Assembly (NCBI GenBank): GCA_041168925.1
Contig: JBEEJY010000019.1
Span: 2,384-66,383 of the forward strand
Source: Candidatus Parcubacteria bacterium
Lineage (GTDB): Bacteria > Patescibacteriota > Minisyncoccia > Phycocordibacterales > UBA2100
Direction of reading: 5' to 3'
Length of the DNA stretch: 64,000 nt
Shown: piece after piece, positions 43,550 through 53,275 of the stretch
Numbering within the stretch: the first letter of the stretch is position 1
Layout: each line of letters starts with the position of its first letter
Position numbers and translations under genes: made by a program
The notes under the pieces: generated by a model
What the model was told of the DNA's origin: nothing
The model's input: only the letters and a program-made list of their open reading frames with translations
Database searches by the model: none

Positions 43550-46500
43550 CTATTGTATACCGACGGTCGTCGATGCGGCTTTCGACGGCCCGTCGATCGT
43601 CGTGCAGGCGAGGATGAACGTCGTCGGACTCGCGAGTGCAGGCGTCGTAATCGCGCCGTTCAGATTCGTCTTTCCGGCGTTATCCGCAGTAAACCGCGGG
43701 AAGGCCGGGCTCGATATCACGCAGGAGTCCATGCCGGTCGTGATCCAGCCGAGCTGTGATTTCTCTCCGCGCTTCACGGTCTTTGGATTGGCGATCAAGA
43801 TGATTCGCGGAGGTTTACCCGTTTTTGGCGTCGAGGTTGCGCGCCCATCCGGAGCAGGAGCCGACGTTGCCGAAGGGGACACCGACACGCCGACGCTGCA
43901 GCTTGTAGGGGAGGACGAACCGGCGGCGCCGTAGACCGTGAGCGTGTAGGTCGTTGTCACTGCCGGGTTTTGCGTCATTGAGCCGGAGAGCGGCACTGAA
44001 CCGAAGCCGGACATAATGGCGCTCACGGCATTCACGCTCGACCAGGTGAGTGTCGTCGCTGCATTCGGCGAGACGGTCGTAGGCGAGGCCGATATCGTGC
44101 ACGAAACGATGTCATACCTATTCGGCGTTCCGGTATTCGAAGCCGGGAATGCTTGTTGCGGCGGTCGCGGTGGAGGCGGTTGACCGCCTTGCGAGCCCAT
44201 ACCATCGGCACCGGCACTATTTCCTTGCATGCCGTTCTGTCCGGAAGGGGAAGCGCCAGGACCGCCCGGATAACCCGGACCTCCGGGGGTGCTCGGGCTC
44301 GGTTCTGTCGGGCGGTTATCCTCGAAAAGATACTCATCTGGCTTTTGCGGATTCGGCGCGCCTTTCGGCAGCGTATCGTTGGTCGCCGGCAGCGGAGCTT
44401 TCGTATCGGGATTTATGATCGGTTTCCCTTCGGGATCGACAAGAAGGTCCACTTTATTGTCCGGACCGATGGACCCTTCGGGGAGCGGAAGCGTACCGAC
44501 GGCGTTGCCATCCTCGTCGGTAATATCGTGCATAACGAGAGGATTGATCGTACCTCCTCCGATCATTTGAGGCTGATAGGAAGCCCTGTCGCCCATTCCG
44601 CCTTTTGCGAGCTGCGCCGGATCGAGCCCGCCGGCGTGCGAGGGAAACATGCCGGTTTCCCAGCTTCCGGCCTTGCCGTAATTGGTGGGTCCGAGATCGT
44701 AATGCATCCAGTCGCGCGTCACGCCGCTTCCGAAATAGCCGCCCCAGTTGCCGCGGCTCTTGAATTCCGGGAACAACTGATCCTGGTAATGCTTCACGTT
44801 TTGCATGAAGATGCGATACGGCTCGTACGACGAAGGAGTCTTAAGCCAGGAGAGCGGTTTTCCTTGCGCGTCGTGCAGCTGTACATCGCACGCGAGCGCG
44901 TACGTGCCGCCCTGGTAGGTCCCGCGCTGTTCGTGATACGAACCCGACCCGTTGCGGTCTCCCGCGCATCCGTTCACCCGCGCGTGCCAGCCGGGCGGCA
45001 AATCCTTGGTCGCTTCTTCCATCGCCTTGCGCACAATGGGATGCATCGTCGTCGTGACTCCGGAGCCGGGACCGCCCCAGCCATAGAGGCGCGGTTCGGC
45101 GGATCTCGGCGGGGTCGCTGTCTTTGCCGCCTCGCCGTCTTTGCGCTTGGCGGTAAATGTCTTCCACTGAGCATCGCAGGGCATCGTGCCGTTGGCGCAG
45201 CCGCGCGAGAGGGCGGCTTGCTTCCGGAATGCCTGCTCGCAAGCGGATTTGTCGCCGAGCGTGCACTCGAAAGCCGTACCTGTCTGCGGATCCACCATGT
45301 ACGGGCCATTCGGCGCGGGCACTTCGGGAGTGCCTTCGACCGGAGCACCGCTGCCTTTCGGCGTCGCATAGTCGCGGACGTTGCAATATTCGCACCCCGA
45401 GGAGAATGTTGCGCCCATGTTGGAATAATTCTGGTTGCCGTTGATCTGGTTCGCGATATTTTGCAGATCCGAAAGTCCGCCGCCAAACCCGACGTACCAC
45501 ACGGGCATGTTGGGTTTACCTATTTTGTTGAGATAGTCTTTCATGCCTGCGGGATTCGGACAGCCGCCTCGCTCACAAATGATCGCAACTGCCGCCGGAT
45601 GCTGCGCAAGCGGCATGAGCCCGTTTAGGCCGGGATTTTTGACGGCGACGCCAAGACCGTTTTGTTGCGCAAGGTCCATGGCCTCCTTATTTGCTTCGAG
45701 GGAATAGCCGTCCTGGTTGTCCATCTCGACATAGGGGATGTTCTGGTTCTTGTAGTGGGTAAATTGACCTTGAAGGTTCTGCTTGAACCCGGGACCGCGC
45801 GGATCCGGCCGATCTTCTTTGTATTGATTTCCGGTACCGGTTCGCGGAAGATAGGGTCCATACTTTCCCGCTGTCTGTCCTTGCGTGAACATATTGACGT
45901 ATCCTATGCAGGCATCGGCATTGCCACACTGGCTCTTCGAGCCGAAGAATTGCGTTTCAACGACCCGGCCGCGCGTATCGCCGCCTCCGCCTCCTCCGAT
46001 AAGGTAACTGAGCGGCTTGCCGGCGAGCGCGCCAGCGCCCGCCCCCGCCGCGCGCGGCATCGGCACGGCCTTGAGACCGGGTACTCGCGCTTTAGCAAGT
46101 TTTTCCTTCAATTCTGGCGGCGGTGGATCGCCTTTGCAACCTCCTTTGGGACACCGAGAGCTCTGCATACTCGCGACCAATGAGGGGAAGATATCGTTTC
46201 CGTTTGTCAGTAATTTGTTATACTCGGCGGCTTTCTCTCGCGTCAGCGGTCCTAGGAGTCGCCACGAGACCTGTTGGCCCGTAGGATAAACAGTATTGCC
46301 GGAAGGAGTATAGCCAGCGCTCTCAGCAAGCGGCGCGTTGATGTCGATGCCTTTCCCCGTCCACGGCGACGGGCCAATATCTACCTGACGCACCACGCGA
46401 CGCTGCCCGTTCGGCAGACGTACCAGAAAATACTGCCCAAGCGTCGCCCAATTATAGAGCGCGATGCCCGGTTCAGTTTGCGGTGCGCCAGGAAGTGCAT

Positions 46501-49500
46501 TTTTTCCGTTATCGCCCGCGTCTCGCCACACGTATCGACATCCAGCGTACGGTCCCCAGCCACACTGACCGAATAAAGAACTTCTGGCGGAGTTGGTGAA
46601 AGATGCGGTATTTATGCCAAGCGGTTGCTGTTCTAGCGGCGCCGCTTGTGCGCTGCCAGCGAACTCTTTTTTGAACGCATCCCACACCTTCGCGAAGATA
46701 TCGGCAAGTTTTTGCAGCGTCGTGCGCTGCTCGTCGTTTTTCTGCGCGTTCGCCTGACTCAACCCTTCGGCGCCCGGTACTCGCGGCGCTTGCGTGTTGA
46801 GCGGCTGCCCTTGCAGCTGTGTGGGAAGCGACGGAGTGTTCGCATCAGGTGGCGTCGCGGCGGTCGTTTTGGAGGGAGGAGTCGCCGTCGGCTTTTCAGG
46901 CTGCGTCAGATCGGAGACGCCGGTGCCCTTACCTTTCGCCGCTTCTCCGCGCGCTTGCGCTTCACCTTCGATCGTCGAAGGTGCTCGCGTCGGCTTGAGA
47001 TCGGGCGAGGTTATGGTACCGCCAGAGGTGCCCTGCCGGTTTTTCGAGTCTGTCGGAGTCACACTTTGCGCTTGCGCGATCTTGTCGCCTTGCCGCGCGG
47101 TCTCCGAGGAGCCGGGGGAGTTCGTGGTAGGACATGTAGGAAGCGAGAGATGCGCTTGTCGCTCCTGCGCCGATGCGCTCGCGGGCAGGCAGATCGTCGA
47201 AGGCACGGCAGATTCGGCATCGGGCACCGTCGGTACGCTGCCTTTGATGATATTGGGCGTATATGCGAGCAGTGGTTGCGGAGCAAATGCTGCCGCGATT
47301 CCCTGCGCTTGAGGTGAAGTTGGCGACCATGAGAAAGACGGAAACGGCACGCCGGAAGCGGGAGATGAGGGATAAGACTGCCCGCCTCCTCCCTGACCTG
47401 ATTGTCCCGTCGCTCCGGCGTCGCCGCCTTCGCCTCCTCGAGCCTTCGGCGCTTCGCCGGATGAGAGCTTGGCAGGGCTTGGTGTCGGTTGTTTTTCGGG
47501 TGTGGTGCCTTTTGCGGGCTTTTCTTTCTCCGGAGTCGGCTCCGCCGCGTTCTTTTCCTTCGTCGGCGCCGGGGCTGATTGCGGCGGTTCGGACGGCTTC
47601 GCCTCCGCGATCTTCGTCTTGTCTTGCGGCTGCTCCGCAGGACGAGGCGGGACCTCGGCTAGCTTCGGTTGCTCTTGGGGCTGCTCTTTTGGCTGCTCCT
47701 GCGGGACAACCTGCGGCTCGGGAAGCTCCTTTGGCTTCACTTCCACTTCCGGCAGCGTCTCGGCATATTTTGGCGTTTCCTCCGGTTTGAATTCCGGGAC
47801 AGGCAGTTCGGTCTCGGGAATCACCTCGACCGGGATCACTTCTAGAGGCGTGCTCGGGCTGTAACGAACGCCCTGCGTGATGGAAAGGGCGCGCTCGCGA
47901 TTCCACGCGGCGCGTAGCTCTTCGAGCGTTAGCGCACCCATGCCTTGGCGATCGTAATCCTCTTGCAGGGCGCTCCCGAGTTCGCGCGCTATGCTGACGC
48001 CTGAATCGGGGTTCTGGCCGCGGTAGAAGGGCGAATCGAGACTTTCCAACCACTTCGTATACGAGTCTCCGGCGGCTCCTTCACCGGTGCCGAGGTACCA
48101 GTAGCCGTACCCTTTTGCTTCGAGATAGGCCGATCCTTTCCCCGTAAGGCCGTAATCCTCACCGCGGAATATCGAGCACGACGATACGCCGCAGAACGTC
48201 GCGGGCAGATCGCTTCCCGAAAATTCGCCGGCCTTTCTTTTCACCTCTTCTCTGCGCGCGTTCCAGTCTTCGTCTGACATGCCCTCGGGGCGCGCGATAA
48301 CGGTGGGAGGCGGCGTCGAGGGGCCGCCGGGCTCCGGTTTCCAGGGCGACGGCTCTCCGGGAGTAAGACCCTTCATCTCTGCCGTCAAGGCTTCGCCGGA
48401 TTTCTGCGCCGGAAGCGGTTCTCCGTACGCGGCGAGTTGCATATCGATGTCGTTGAAAAGGCTCTGGCGGATCCCAGACGGGCAGCCCGTATCAGGGCAC
48501 ACCGCGCCCGTACCGGCATCGGCGTAAACATTGAGCTCATGCTGTATGTCCGTCGAGTTGGCCGGAGCGTCGGGAAGAGCGGGTTCAGTACCGTTGAAAA
48601 ACCCTCCGACGCTCGGATTGGACCACAGGTCGCTGCCAAATTCGGCGATCGCGAGGGGCGCGGAGAAACCGGTGAAGACCGAATAGAGCGGCGCGTAGCC
48701 CTGGTCGTAGAATTTCTCGATGTCGCCGACCACGAGCTTATTGGTGTCTTGCAAAAGCTGCCAGTATTCCTGATACCACGGAATGCCTTGCGTCGCAGGT
48801 ACGTTACTTTCAAATCCGGTACTGCCCGAGGATCCGGGAGTCTTGGTGTAGGTGTAGTATTCATCGACGCCGCCCGGGCCCATCGGCGGATAGGTAAGCG
48901 CATATTGATCCTTGAGCTCCGGAATGTACTCGACGATCGCCGCTCCGGTCGTTTCGGGATACGGCGCGGGATTTGCGTACCCTGATATTTGGGCATACAC
49001 GGTCGCCTGATCGAAGTCTCCCCGATTTGCCGCGAGCTGCGCGCTCGCTTGCGCGAACGCGTCTTTGTTGTCGGGCGTTGCGTAAGAATAGGCGATGATG
49101 CCGCCCAAATAATCCTCGGAACCGGCGACGGCTTGCTGGATCGAGCCGATCGTATTCGGCGGATTTTCGAGCGTCACGGGCGCGCCTCCGTACGAGGTAA
49201 ATTCGACTTTGCCGCCGGAGGCCATGAGGCCGCGGATGAGCGCGAGATCCCCCTCACAATCAGGGCCCTTGATACAGCTACCGCCGTCCCATTTGACTTT
49301 GCCCGGCAACTTGGAAGCCTGTTTCGATTCGCAGTCTTTATGCTCCTTGCTTCCGGTCTTGCCGGCGCTATCGCACGGGTCTTTCTCTTTTTTGACGTCG
49401 GGCTTCCCGCTCTTGGCTTCTGAGACTTTCTCGGTCGAAGTTTTCGTCGAGTCTTTGTCTTTCACCGCGTCTTTCGGAGACTCATTGCTCGCATCGGAGG

Positions 49501-49669
49501 AGTATGCGGCCTCGAATCCGGCCTCATCGACCGACGCGATAAGCGCGCGCGAATCGGGATACAACGTCGCGCTTCCGAGCGAGATCCCGCTTGCGACGAG
49601 AAGGGAAAAAGCGACCGTGAGGAAGCCTTTGAAAATATAACCAACAAACCCCTCGTCTTCAGGGTGCAT
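43550..49669 (-). CDS. Giant exported multidomain protein with candidate cell-wall/polysaccharide hydrolase modules and C-terminal PKD-like domains
   Basis: N-terminal TM/signal; P/E/Q linkers; RlpA-like D.GP...IDIN; GH114-like VEMDNQDGY/AVKN/ICER; M15-like H..ACD..WGG..DWMHYDL; two LTWSS/TTYTLT Ig repeats. Confidence 0.85.
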   Translation of the reverse strand: MHPEDEGFVGYIFKGFLTVAFSLLVASGISLGSATLYPDSRALIASVDEAGFEAAYSSDASNESPKDAVKDKDSTKTSTEKVSEAKSGKPDVKKEKDPCDSAGKTGSKEHKDCESKQASKLPGKVKWDGGSCIKGPDCEGDLALIRGLMASGGKVEFTSYGGAPVTLENPPNTIGSIQQAVAGSEDYLGGIIAYSYATPDNKDAFAQASAQLAANRGDFDQATVYAQISGYANPAPYPETTGAAIVEYIPELKDQYALTYPPMGPGGVDEYYTYTKTPGSSGSTGFESNVPATQGIPWYQEYWQLLQDTNKLVVGDIEKFYDQGYAPLYSVFTGFSAPLAIAEFGSDLWSNPSVGGFFNGTEPALPDAPANSTDIQHELNVYADAGTGAVCPDTGCPSGIRQSLFNDIDMQLAAYGEPLPAQKSGEALTAEMKGLTPGEPSPWKPEPGGPSTPPPTVIARPEGMSDEDWNARREEVKRKAGEFSGSDLPATFCGVSSCSIFRGEDYGLTGKGSAYLEAKGYGYWYLGTGEGAAGDSYTKWLESLDSPFYRGQNPDSGVSIARELGSALQEDYDRQGMGALTLEELRAAWNRERALSITQGVRYSPSTPLEVIPVEVIPETELPVPEFKPEETPKYAETLPEVEVKPKELPEPQVVPQEQPKEQPQEQPKLAEVPPRPAEQPQDKTKIAEAKPSEPPQSAPAPTKEKNAAEPTPEKEKPAKGTTPEKQPTPSPAKLSSGEAPKARGGEGGDAGATGQSGQGGGGQSYPSSPASGVPFPSFSWSPTSPQAQGIAAAFAPQPLLAYTPNIIKGSVPTVPDAESAVPSTICLPASASAQERQAHLSLPTCPTTNSPGSSETARQGDKIAQAQSVTPTDSKNRQGTSGGTITSPDLKPTRAPSTIEGEAQARGEAAKGKGTGVSDLTQPEKPTATPPSKTTAATPPDANTPSLPTQLQGQPLNTQAPRVPGAEGLSQANAQKNDEQRTTLQKLADIFAKVWDAFKKEFAGSAQAAPLEQQPLGINTASFTNSARSSLFGQCGWGPYAGCRYVWRDAGDNGKNALPGAPQTEPGIALYNWATLGQYFLVRLPNGQRRVVRQVDIGPSPWTGKGIDINAPLAESAGYTPSGNTVYPTGQQVSWRLLGPLTREKAAEYNKLLTNGNDIFPSLVASMQSSRCPKGGCKGDPPPPELKEKLAKARVPGLKAVPMPRAAGAGAGALAGKPLSYLIGGGGGGDTRGRVVETQFFGSKSQCGNADACIGYVNMFTQGQTAGKYGPYLPRTGTGNQYKEDRPDPRGPGFKQNLQGQFTHYKNQNIPYVEMDNQDGYSLEANKEAMDLAQQNGLGVAVKNPGLNGLMPLAQHPAAVAIICERGGCPNPAGMKDYLNKIGKPNMPVWYVGFGGGLSDLQNIANQINGNQNYSNMGATFSSGCEYCNVRDYATPKGSGAPVEGTPEVPAPNGPYMVDPQTGTAFECTLGDKSACEQAFRKQAALSRGCANGTMPCDAQWKTFTAKRKDGEAAKTATPPRSAEPRLYGWGGPGSGVTTTMHPIVRKAMEEATKDLPPGWHARVNGCAGDRNGSGSYHEQRGTYQGGTYALACDVQLHDAQGKPLSWLKTPSSYEPYRIFMQNVKHYQDQLFPEFKSRGNWGGYFGSGVTRDWMHYDLGPTNYGKAGSWETGMFPSHAGGLDPAQLAKGGMGDRASYQPQMIGGGTINPLVMHDITDEDGNAVGTLPLPEGSIGPDNKVDLLVDPEGKPIINPDTKAPLPATNDTLPKGAPNPQKPDEYLFEDNRPTEPSPSTPGGPGYPGGPGASPSGQNGMQGNSAGADGMGSQGGQPPPPRPPQQAFPASNTGTPNRYDIVSCTISASPTTVSPNAATTLTWSSVNAVSAIMSGFGSVPLSGSMTQNPAVTTTYTLTVYGAAGSSSPTSCSVGVSVSPSATSAPAPDGRATSTPKTGKPPRIILIANPKTVKRGEKSQLGWITTGMDSCVISSPAFPRFTADNAGKTNLNGAITTPALASPTTFILACTTIDGPSKAASTTVGIQ

Positions 49670-49751
49670 ATACGCATTGAATGATAGCAATGAAATTCCA
49701 GAAAACGTTCATCTTCCGGGTTCGTCTGTGAATTTGCAGTATTTTGCCGGA

Positions 49752-49779
49752 TTGACAAGCGAGTCGGACTGGATAGAAT
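49752..49779 (+). promoter_or_regulatory. sigma70 promoter of the putative attenuator leader
   Basis: TTGACA (49752-57), 16 bp, TAGAAT (49774-79). Confidence 0.75.
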
Positions 49780-49788
49780 GAGTTCGTT

Positions 49789-49854
49789 ATGCATCGCGCA
49801 GTCATGATGATGGCAATGATGACCTCCCGACGCGGAGAGCTCCTGCCTGCATAA
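49789..49854 (+). CDS. Putative Met-rich leader peptide MHRAVMMMAMMTSRRGELLPA
   Basis: 6 ATG among the first 11 codons; starts 9 nt after the -10; followed by a terminator. Confidence 0.55.
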   Translation: MHRAVMMMAMMTSRRGELLPA

Positions 49855-49873
49855 CTTCCACAAAGTATCCAGA

Positions 49874-49907
49874 CAAAAGCCCTCCGCAAGGAGGGTTTTG
49901 TTCTTTT
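49874..49907 (+). terminator. Attenuator-type intrinsic terminator
   Basis: caaaagccctcc-gcaa-ggagggttttg followed by ttctttt. Confidence 0.8.
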
Positions 49908-49986
49908 ACGTACGACGTTGGAGCCATCAGGCCGGCCGGGAGATTTCCTTGTCAGCCGGTGTCTCCAACTTCATCGAGAGGCGATT

Positions 49987-50169
49987 ATGAACACACAAGC
50001 GACAAAGCACGAGATGAAAAACAGGCGTTCGAGTTCGAGCAAGGACAAGAACAAGAACGGCCACGTCGATCTCACGCACCCGACGCATGTGTGCGTCATC
50101 AACGGCGGAAGTCCGCTCGACAGCATCGTTCATCGCCTCGCTCGGAGCGTCGATGAGCGGAAAGCGTGA
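49987..50169 (+). CDS. Small hypothetical protein (60 aa)
   Basis: GAGG SD; own terminator at 50191-50225. Confidence 0.5.
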   Translation: MNTQATKHEMKNRRSSSSKDKNKNGHVDLTHPTHVCVINGGSPLDSIVHRLARSVDERKA

Positions 50170-50240
50170 GCGCGGGAATCTCGAAGCATGACCGGCGGGC
50201 GCTGTGGCCCCGCCGGTTTTCTTTTGCTAGTATGTCCGGA

Positions 50241-51068
50241 ATGGCGCGCAATTTTTTCGAACTCGCGAGAGGGAAGTGGGCGCAGCACAAATTCCTCTGC
50301 GTCGGGCTCGACAGCGATCTCGAAAAGATCCCTGAACACCTTCGCTCAAGCGGCACGCGCGAGGGGATCGTCGCCTTCAACCGCGGCATTGTCGACGCCA
50401 CCAAAGACATCGTGTGCGCATATAAACCGAATCCCGCCTTTTACGAAGCGCACGGCGACGAAGGTTGGGACGCTTTGCGCGAGACGATTCAATACATCAA
50501 CGATGCAGCACCGGAAATTCCCGTGATTCTCGACGGCAAGCGCGCCGACATCGGCAACACCAACGACGCATATGCGGCTTCCGCCTTCGATCACTTGCAT
50601 GCCGACGCACTCACGACGCAGCCGTATCCGGGCTACGAGGCGCTCTCCGCCTTCTTCGAGCGCGAAGACAAAGGCATCTTCGTGTGGTGCCGTTCCTCCA
50701 ACGGCGGTTCCGGCGAGCTGCAGGATCTAACGGTGAACGGAGAGCCTCTTTACATCGTCGTCGCGCGCATGCTTTCAAGAAAATGGAATGGCAGAGGCAA
50801 CTGCGGCTGCATTGCCGGCGCCACGTATCCGGAGGAGCTTGCGAGAGTTCGCGAGGCGGTAGGAGATATGCCGATCCTCGTACCGGGTATCGGCGCGCAA
50901 GGGGGCGATGTCGAGAAAACCGCGCGCGCGGCGGCGGATATGAAAGGCGCGGGTATGATCATCAGCTCCTCGCGCGCCGTCATCTTCGCCTCCGGCGGAA
51001 AAGACTTCGCCGCCGCCGCGCGCGCGAAAGCGCAGGAACTTCATGGCGCGATTATGAAAGCGCTGTAG
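50241..51068 (+). CDS. pyrF: Orotidine-5'-phosphate decarboxylase
   Basis: LCVGLD, YKPN.AFY, DGKRADIGNT, GATYPEEL, LVPGIGAQGG, SSSRA. Confidence 0.95.
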   Translation: MARNFFELARGKWAQHKFLCVGLDSDLEKIPEHLRSSGTREGIVAFNRGIVDATKDIVCAYKPNPAFYEAHGDEGWDALRETIQYINDAAPEIPVILDGKRADIGNTNDAYAASAFDHLHADALTTQPYPGYEALSAFFEREDKGIFVWCRSSNGGSGELQDLTVNGEPLYIVVARMLSRKWNGRGNCGCIAGATYPEELARVREAVGDMPILVPGIGAQGGDVEKTARAAADMKGAGMIISSSRAVIFASGGKDFAAAARAKAQELHGAIMKAL

Positions 51069-51079
51069 AATGGCTCGGT

Positions 51080-51718
51080 ATGTCCCTCACCGAAGATGAA
51101 GTACTCGCGCTCCTCCAGAAAGTCGGCGCATTTCGAAGCGGCCACTTCGTTTTTACCCACGGCGCCCACAGCGATACCTATGTCTTGAAAGACGCGATGT
51201 ACGCCTATACGCGCGAGACCTCGCAGGTATGTCGCGAGATGGCAGAACGTTTTAAAAACGACCGTATCGAAGCCGTCATCGGTCCGGCGATCGGCGCGGC
51301 TATCCTGGCGCAGTGGACGGCCCATCATTTGAGCGAGATGGCCGGCCGCGATGTCTTTGCCGTCTATGCCGACAAAGACGGCCAGGGCGGATTCATTATC
51401 AAGCGCGGCTATGATCAGGTGATCAGGGACAAGAATACGCTTGTAGTCGAAGATCTGACGACGACCGGCGGCTCGATCAGAAAAGTAGTCGAAGCCGCGC
51501 GCGCTGTCGGAGCAAAAGTCGTCGGCGCGATCGCGCTCGTCAATCGCGGCGACGTCACCAAGGAGGCCGTGGGCAATCCGCCGCGATTCGAATCGCTTCT
51601 CACGGTGCATCTCGAATCTTGGGAGGGAAAAGAGTGCGAACTGTGCGCGCGCGGCATAGCCATCAATACGGACATCGGCCATGGGAAGGAATTTCTCGCG
51701 CGCGCGCGAAACCGCTAG
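51080..51718 (+). CDS. pyrE: Orotate phosphoribosyltransferase
   Basis: GHF...G.HS..Y, PRPP motif VVEDLTTTGGS; follows pyrF. Confidence 0.9.
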   Translation: MSLTEDEVLALLQKVGAFRSGHFVFTHGAHSDTYVLKDAMYAYTRETSQVCREMAERFKNDRIEAVIGPAIGAAILAQWTAHHLSEMAGRDVFAVYADKDGQGGFIIKRGYDQVIRDKNTLVVEDLTTTGGSIRKVVEAARAVGAKVVGAIALVNRGDVTKEAVGNPPRFESLLTVHLESWEGKECELCARGIAINTDIGHGKEFLARARNR

Positions 51719-51765
51719 GCCGGCATGCTATAATGGCGCTCCATTAGTAATTAGCGAATTGTAAT

Positions 51766-52281
51766 ATGCGAAATATTTGGATTTGGGTAGTTATTGCGAT
51801 CATCGTGATCGGGGGCGGATATTGGTGGATGCAGCGTACTCAAGCTCCGGCGATGAGCGACGACGGTACGCCAGCGGCAGTCGATGCGGCGGAAGATGCC
51901 AACGCGAATATGCCTGAAAACACTCAAATGTCGACCTCTTCGGATGCAAACGCGATGCCGGGAGACGCAGCACAGACGAGTGCCGCGGTTTCCTACGACG
52001 GCAAGTCGTTCACGCCTTCGACCGTCACGATCAAGAAGGGCGGTACGGTGACATGGAATGGCCCGAGCGGCATGTGGGTCGCGTCCGGTCAGCATCCGGA
52101 ACATGCCGGGTATGATGAGACGACGCGGGCCGAACACTGCGCTTCTGGCTACAAGGGCCCGAAGCCATTCGATCAGTGCGCAAAGGGGGCCAGCTACTCA
52201 TTCACGTTCGACAAAGCCGGCACCTGGTCGTATCACGATCACGTCAATGCGTCCGCGTTCGGCAAGGTGATTGTTCAATAG
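51766..52281 (+). CDS. Membrane-anchored cupredoxin-like protein
   Basis: FTPSTVTIKKG.TVTW, HP.H, YSFTFDKAGTW.YHDH. Confidence 0.8.
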   Translation: MRNIWIWVVIAIIVIGGGYWWMQRTQAPAMSDDGTPAAVDAAEDANANMPENTQMSTSSDANAMPGDAAQTSAAVSYDGKSFTPSTVTIKKGGTVTWNGPSGMWVASGQHPEHAGYDETTRAEHCASGYKGPKPFDQCAKGASYSFTFDKAGTWSYHDHVNASAFGKVIVQ

Positions 52282-52306
52282 CTTCGAAATGCGGTAGAGT
52301 GTCCGC

Positions 52307-53275
52307 ATGAATAATGCGGATTTTCCCGAAGAACTTCTGCTCCGTTTGCGGCGGGCGGAAGTTCTTCGCTATGGCGAAAATCCCCACCAGAGCGCGGCGC
52401 TCTATTTCGATCCCGCGAATCCGCGCCCTGGCGTTGCAGTGGCGCGGATTGTGCAAGGTAAAGAACTCTCGTACAACAATCTGCTCGACGCCGACGCGGC
52501 GTTCGAGTGCGTGGCGGAATTCGACGAGCCGGCGGCGGTCATCGTCAAGCACACGAATCCCTGCGGCGTCGCCATTGCCGAGAGCGCGCACGAGGCGTAC
52601 CTCAAAGCGCTCGCATGCGATCCCGTTTCGGCTTTCGGAGGCATCGTCGCGCTCAACGCCACACTCACCGAAGCGCTCGCGACCGAGCTCGTGAAGCTCT
52701 TTCTAGAGGTCGTTATCGCGCCGGATGCGGAAGATGAGGCTCTCGCGATACTTTCAACGAAGCCGAACGCGCGGGTTTTGCTCACCGGCGGCATGCCCGA
52801 CCCGACCGCGCGGCGCACCGTCGTTCGCTCAATCGCGGGCGGCTTGCTCGTACAGAGCGCCGACGACTCGGTTATCGACGGCGAGCCGAAAGTGGTGACA
52901 AAGCGCGCTCCGACGGCCCGCGAGCTTGAAGAGCTCCTGTTCGCGTTCACCGTCGTGAAGCACGTGAAATCAAACGCGATCGTCTACGCGAAAAATGGCG
53001 CGACAATCGGCATCGGAGCGGGTCAGATGAGCCGCGTATACTCCTCGAAAATTGCCGTGCTCAAGGTCGCCGACGCGGGGCTCACGCTTAAAGGCTCCGT
53101 GATGGCATCCGACGCTTTCTTTCCTTTCCCCGACACCGTAGAGGAAGCCGCGCGCGCCGGCGCGACCGCCATCATAGAGCCAGGCGGCTCGAAGAACGAC
53201 CAAGCTTCGATCGACGCCGCCGACAAGACAGGCATCGCGATGGTCTTCACGGGCATCCGCCATTTCAGGCACTAG
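52307..53275 (+). CDS. purH: AICAR transformylase domain of PurH only (no IMP cyclohydrolase domain)
   Basis: LRYGENPHQ at residue ~20, [41 protein letters not shown]. Confidence 0.85.
   Translation: MNNADFPEELLLRLRRAEVLRYGENPHQSAALYFDPANPRPGVAVARIVQGKELSYNNLLDADAAFECVAEFDEPAAVIVKHTNPCGVAIAESAHEAYLKALACDPVSAFGGIVALNATLTEALATELVKLFLEVVIAPDAEDEALAILSTKPNARVLLTGGMPDPTARRTVVRSIAGGLLVQSADDSVIDGEPKVVTKRAPTARELEELLFAFTVVKHVKSNAIVYAKNGATIGIGAGQMSRVYSSKIAVLKVADAGLTLKGSVMASDAFFPFPDTVEEAARAGATAIIEPGGSKNDQASIDAADKTGIAMVFTGIRHFRH

Noticed and set aside
50465-51079. Long N-terminal extension or fusion on PyrE
   Set aside because: It is an Arg-rich shadow frame of pyrF; ATG 51080 has its own -10.
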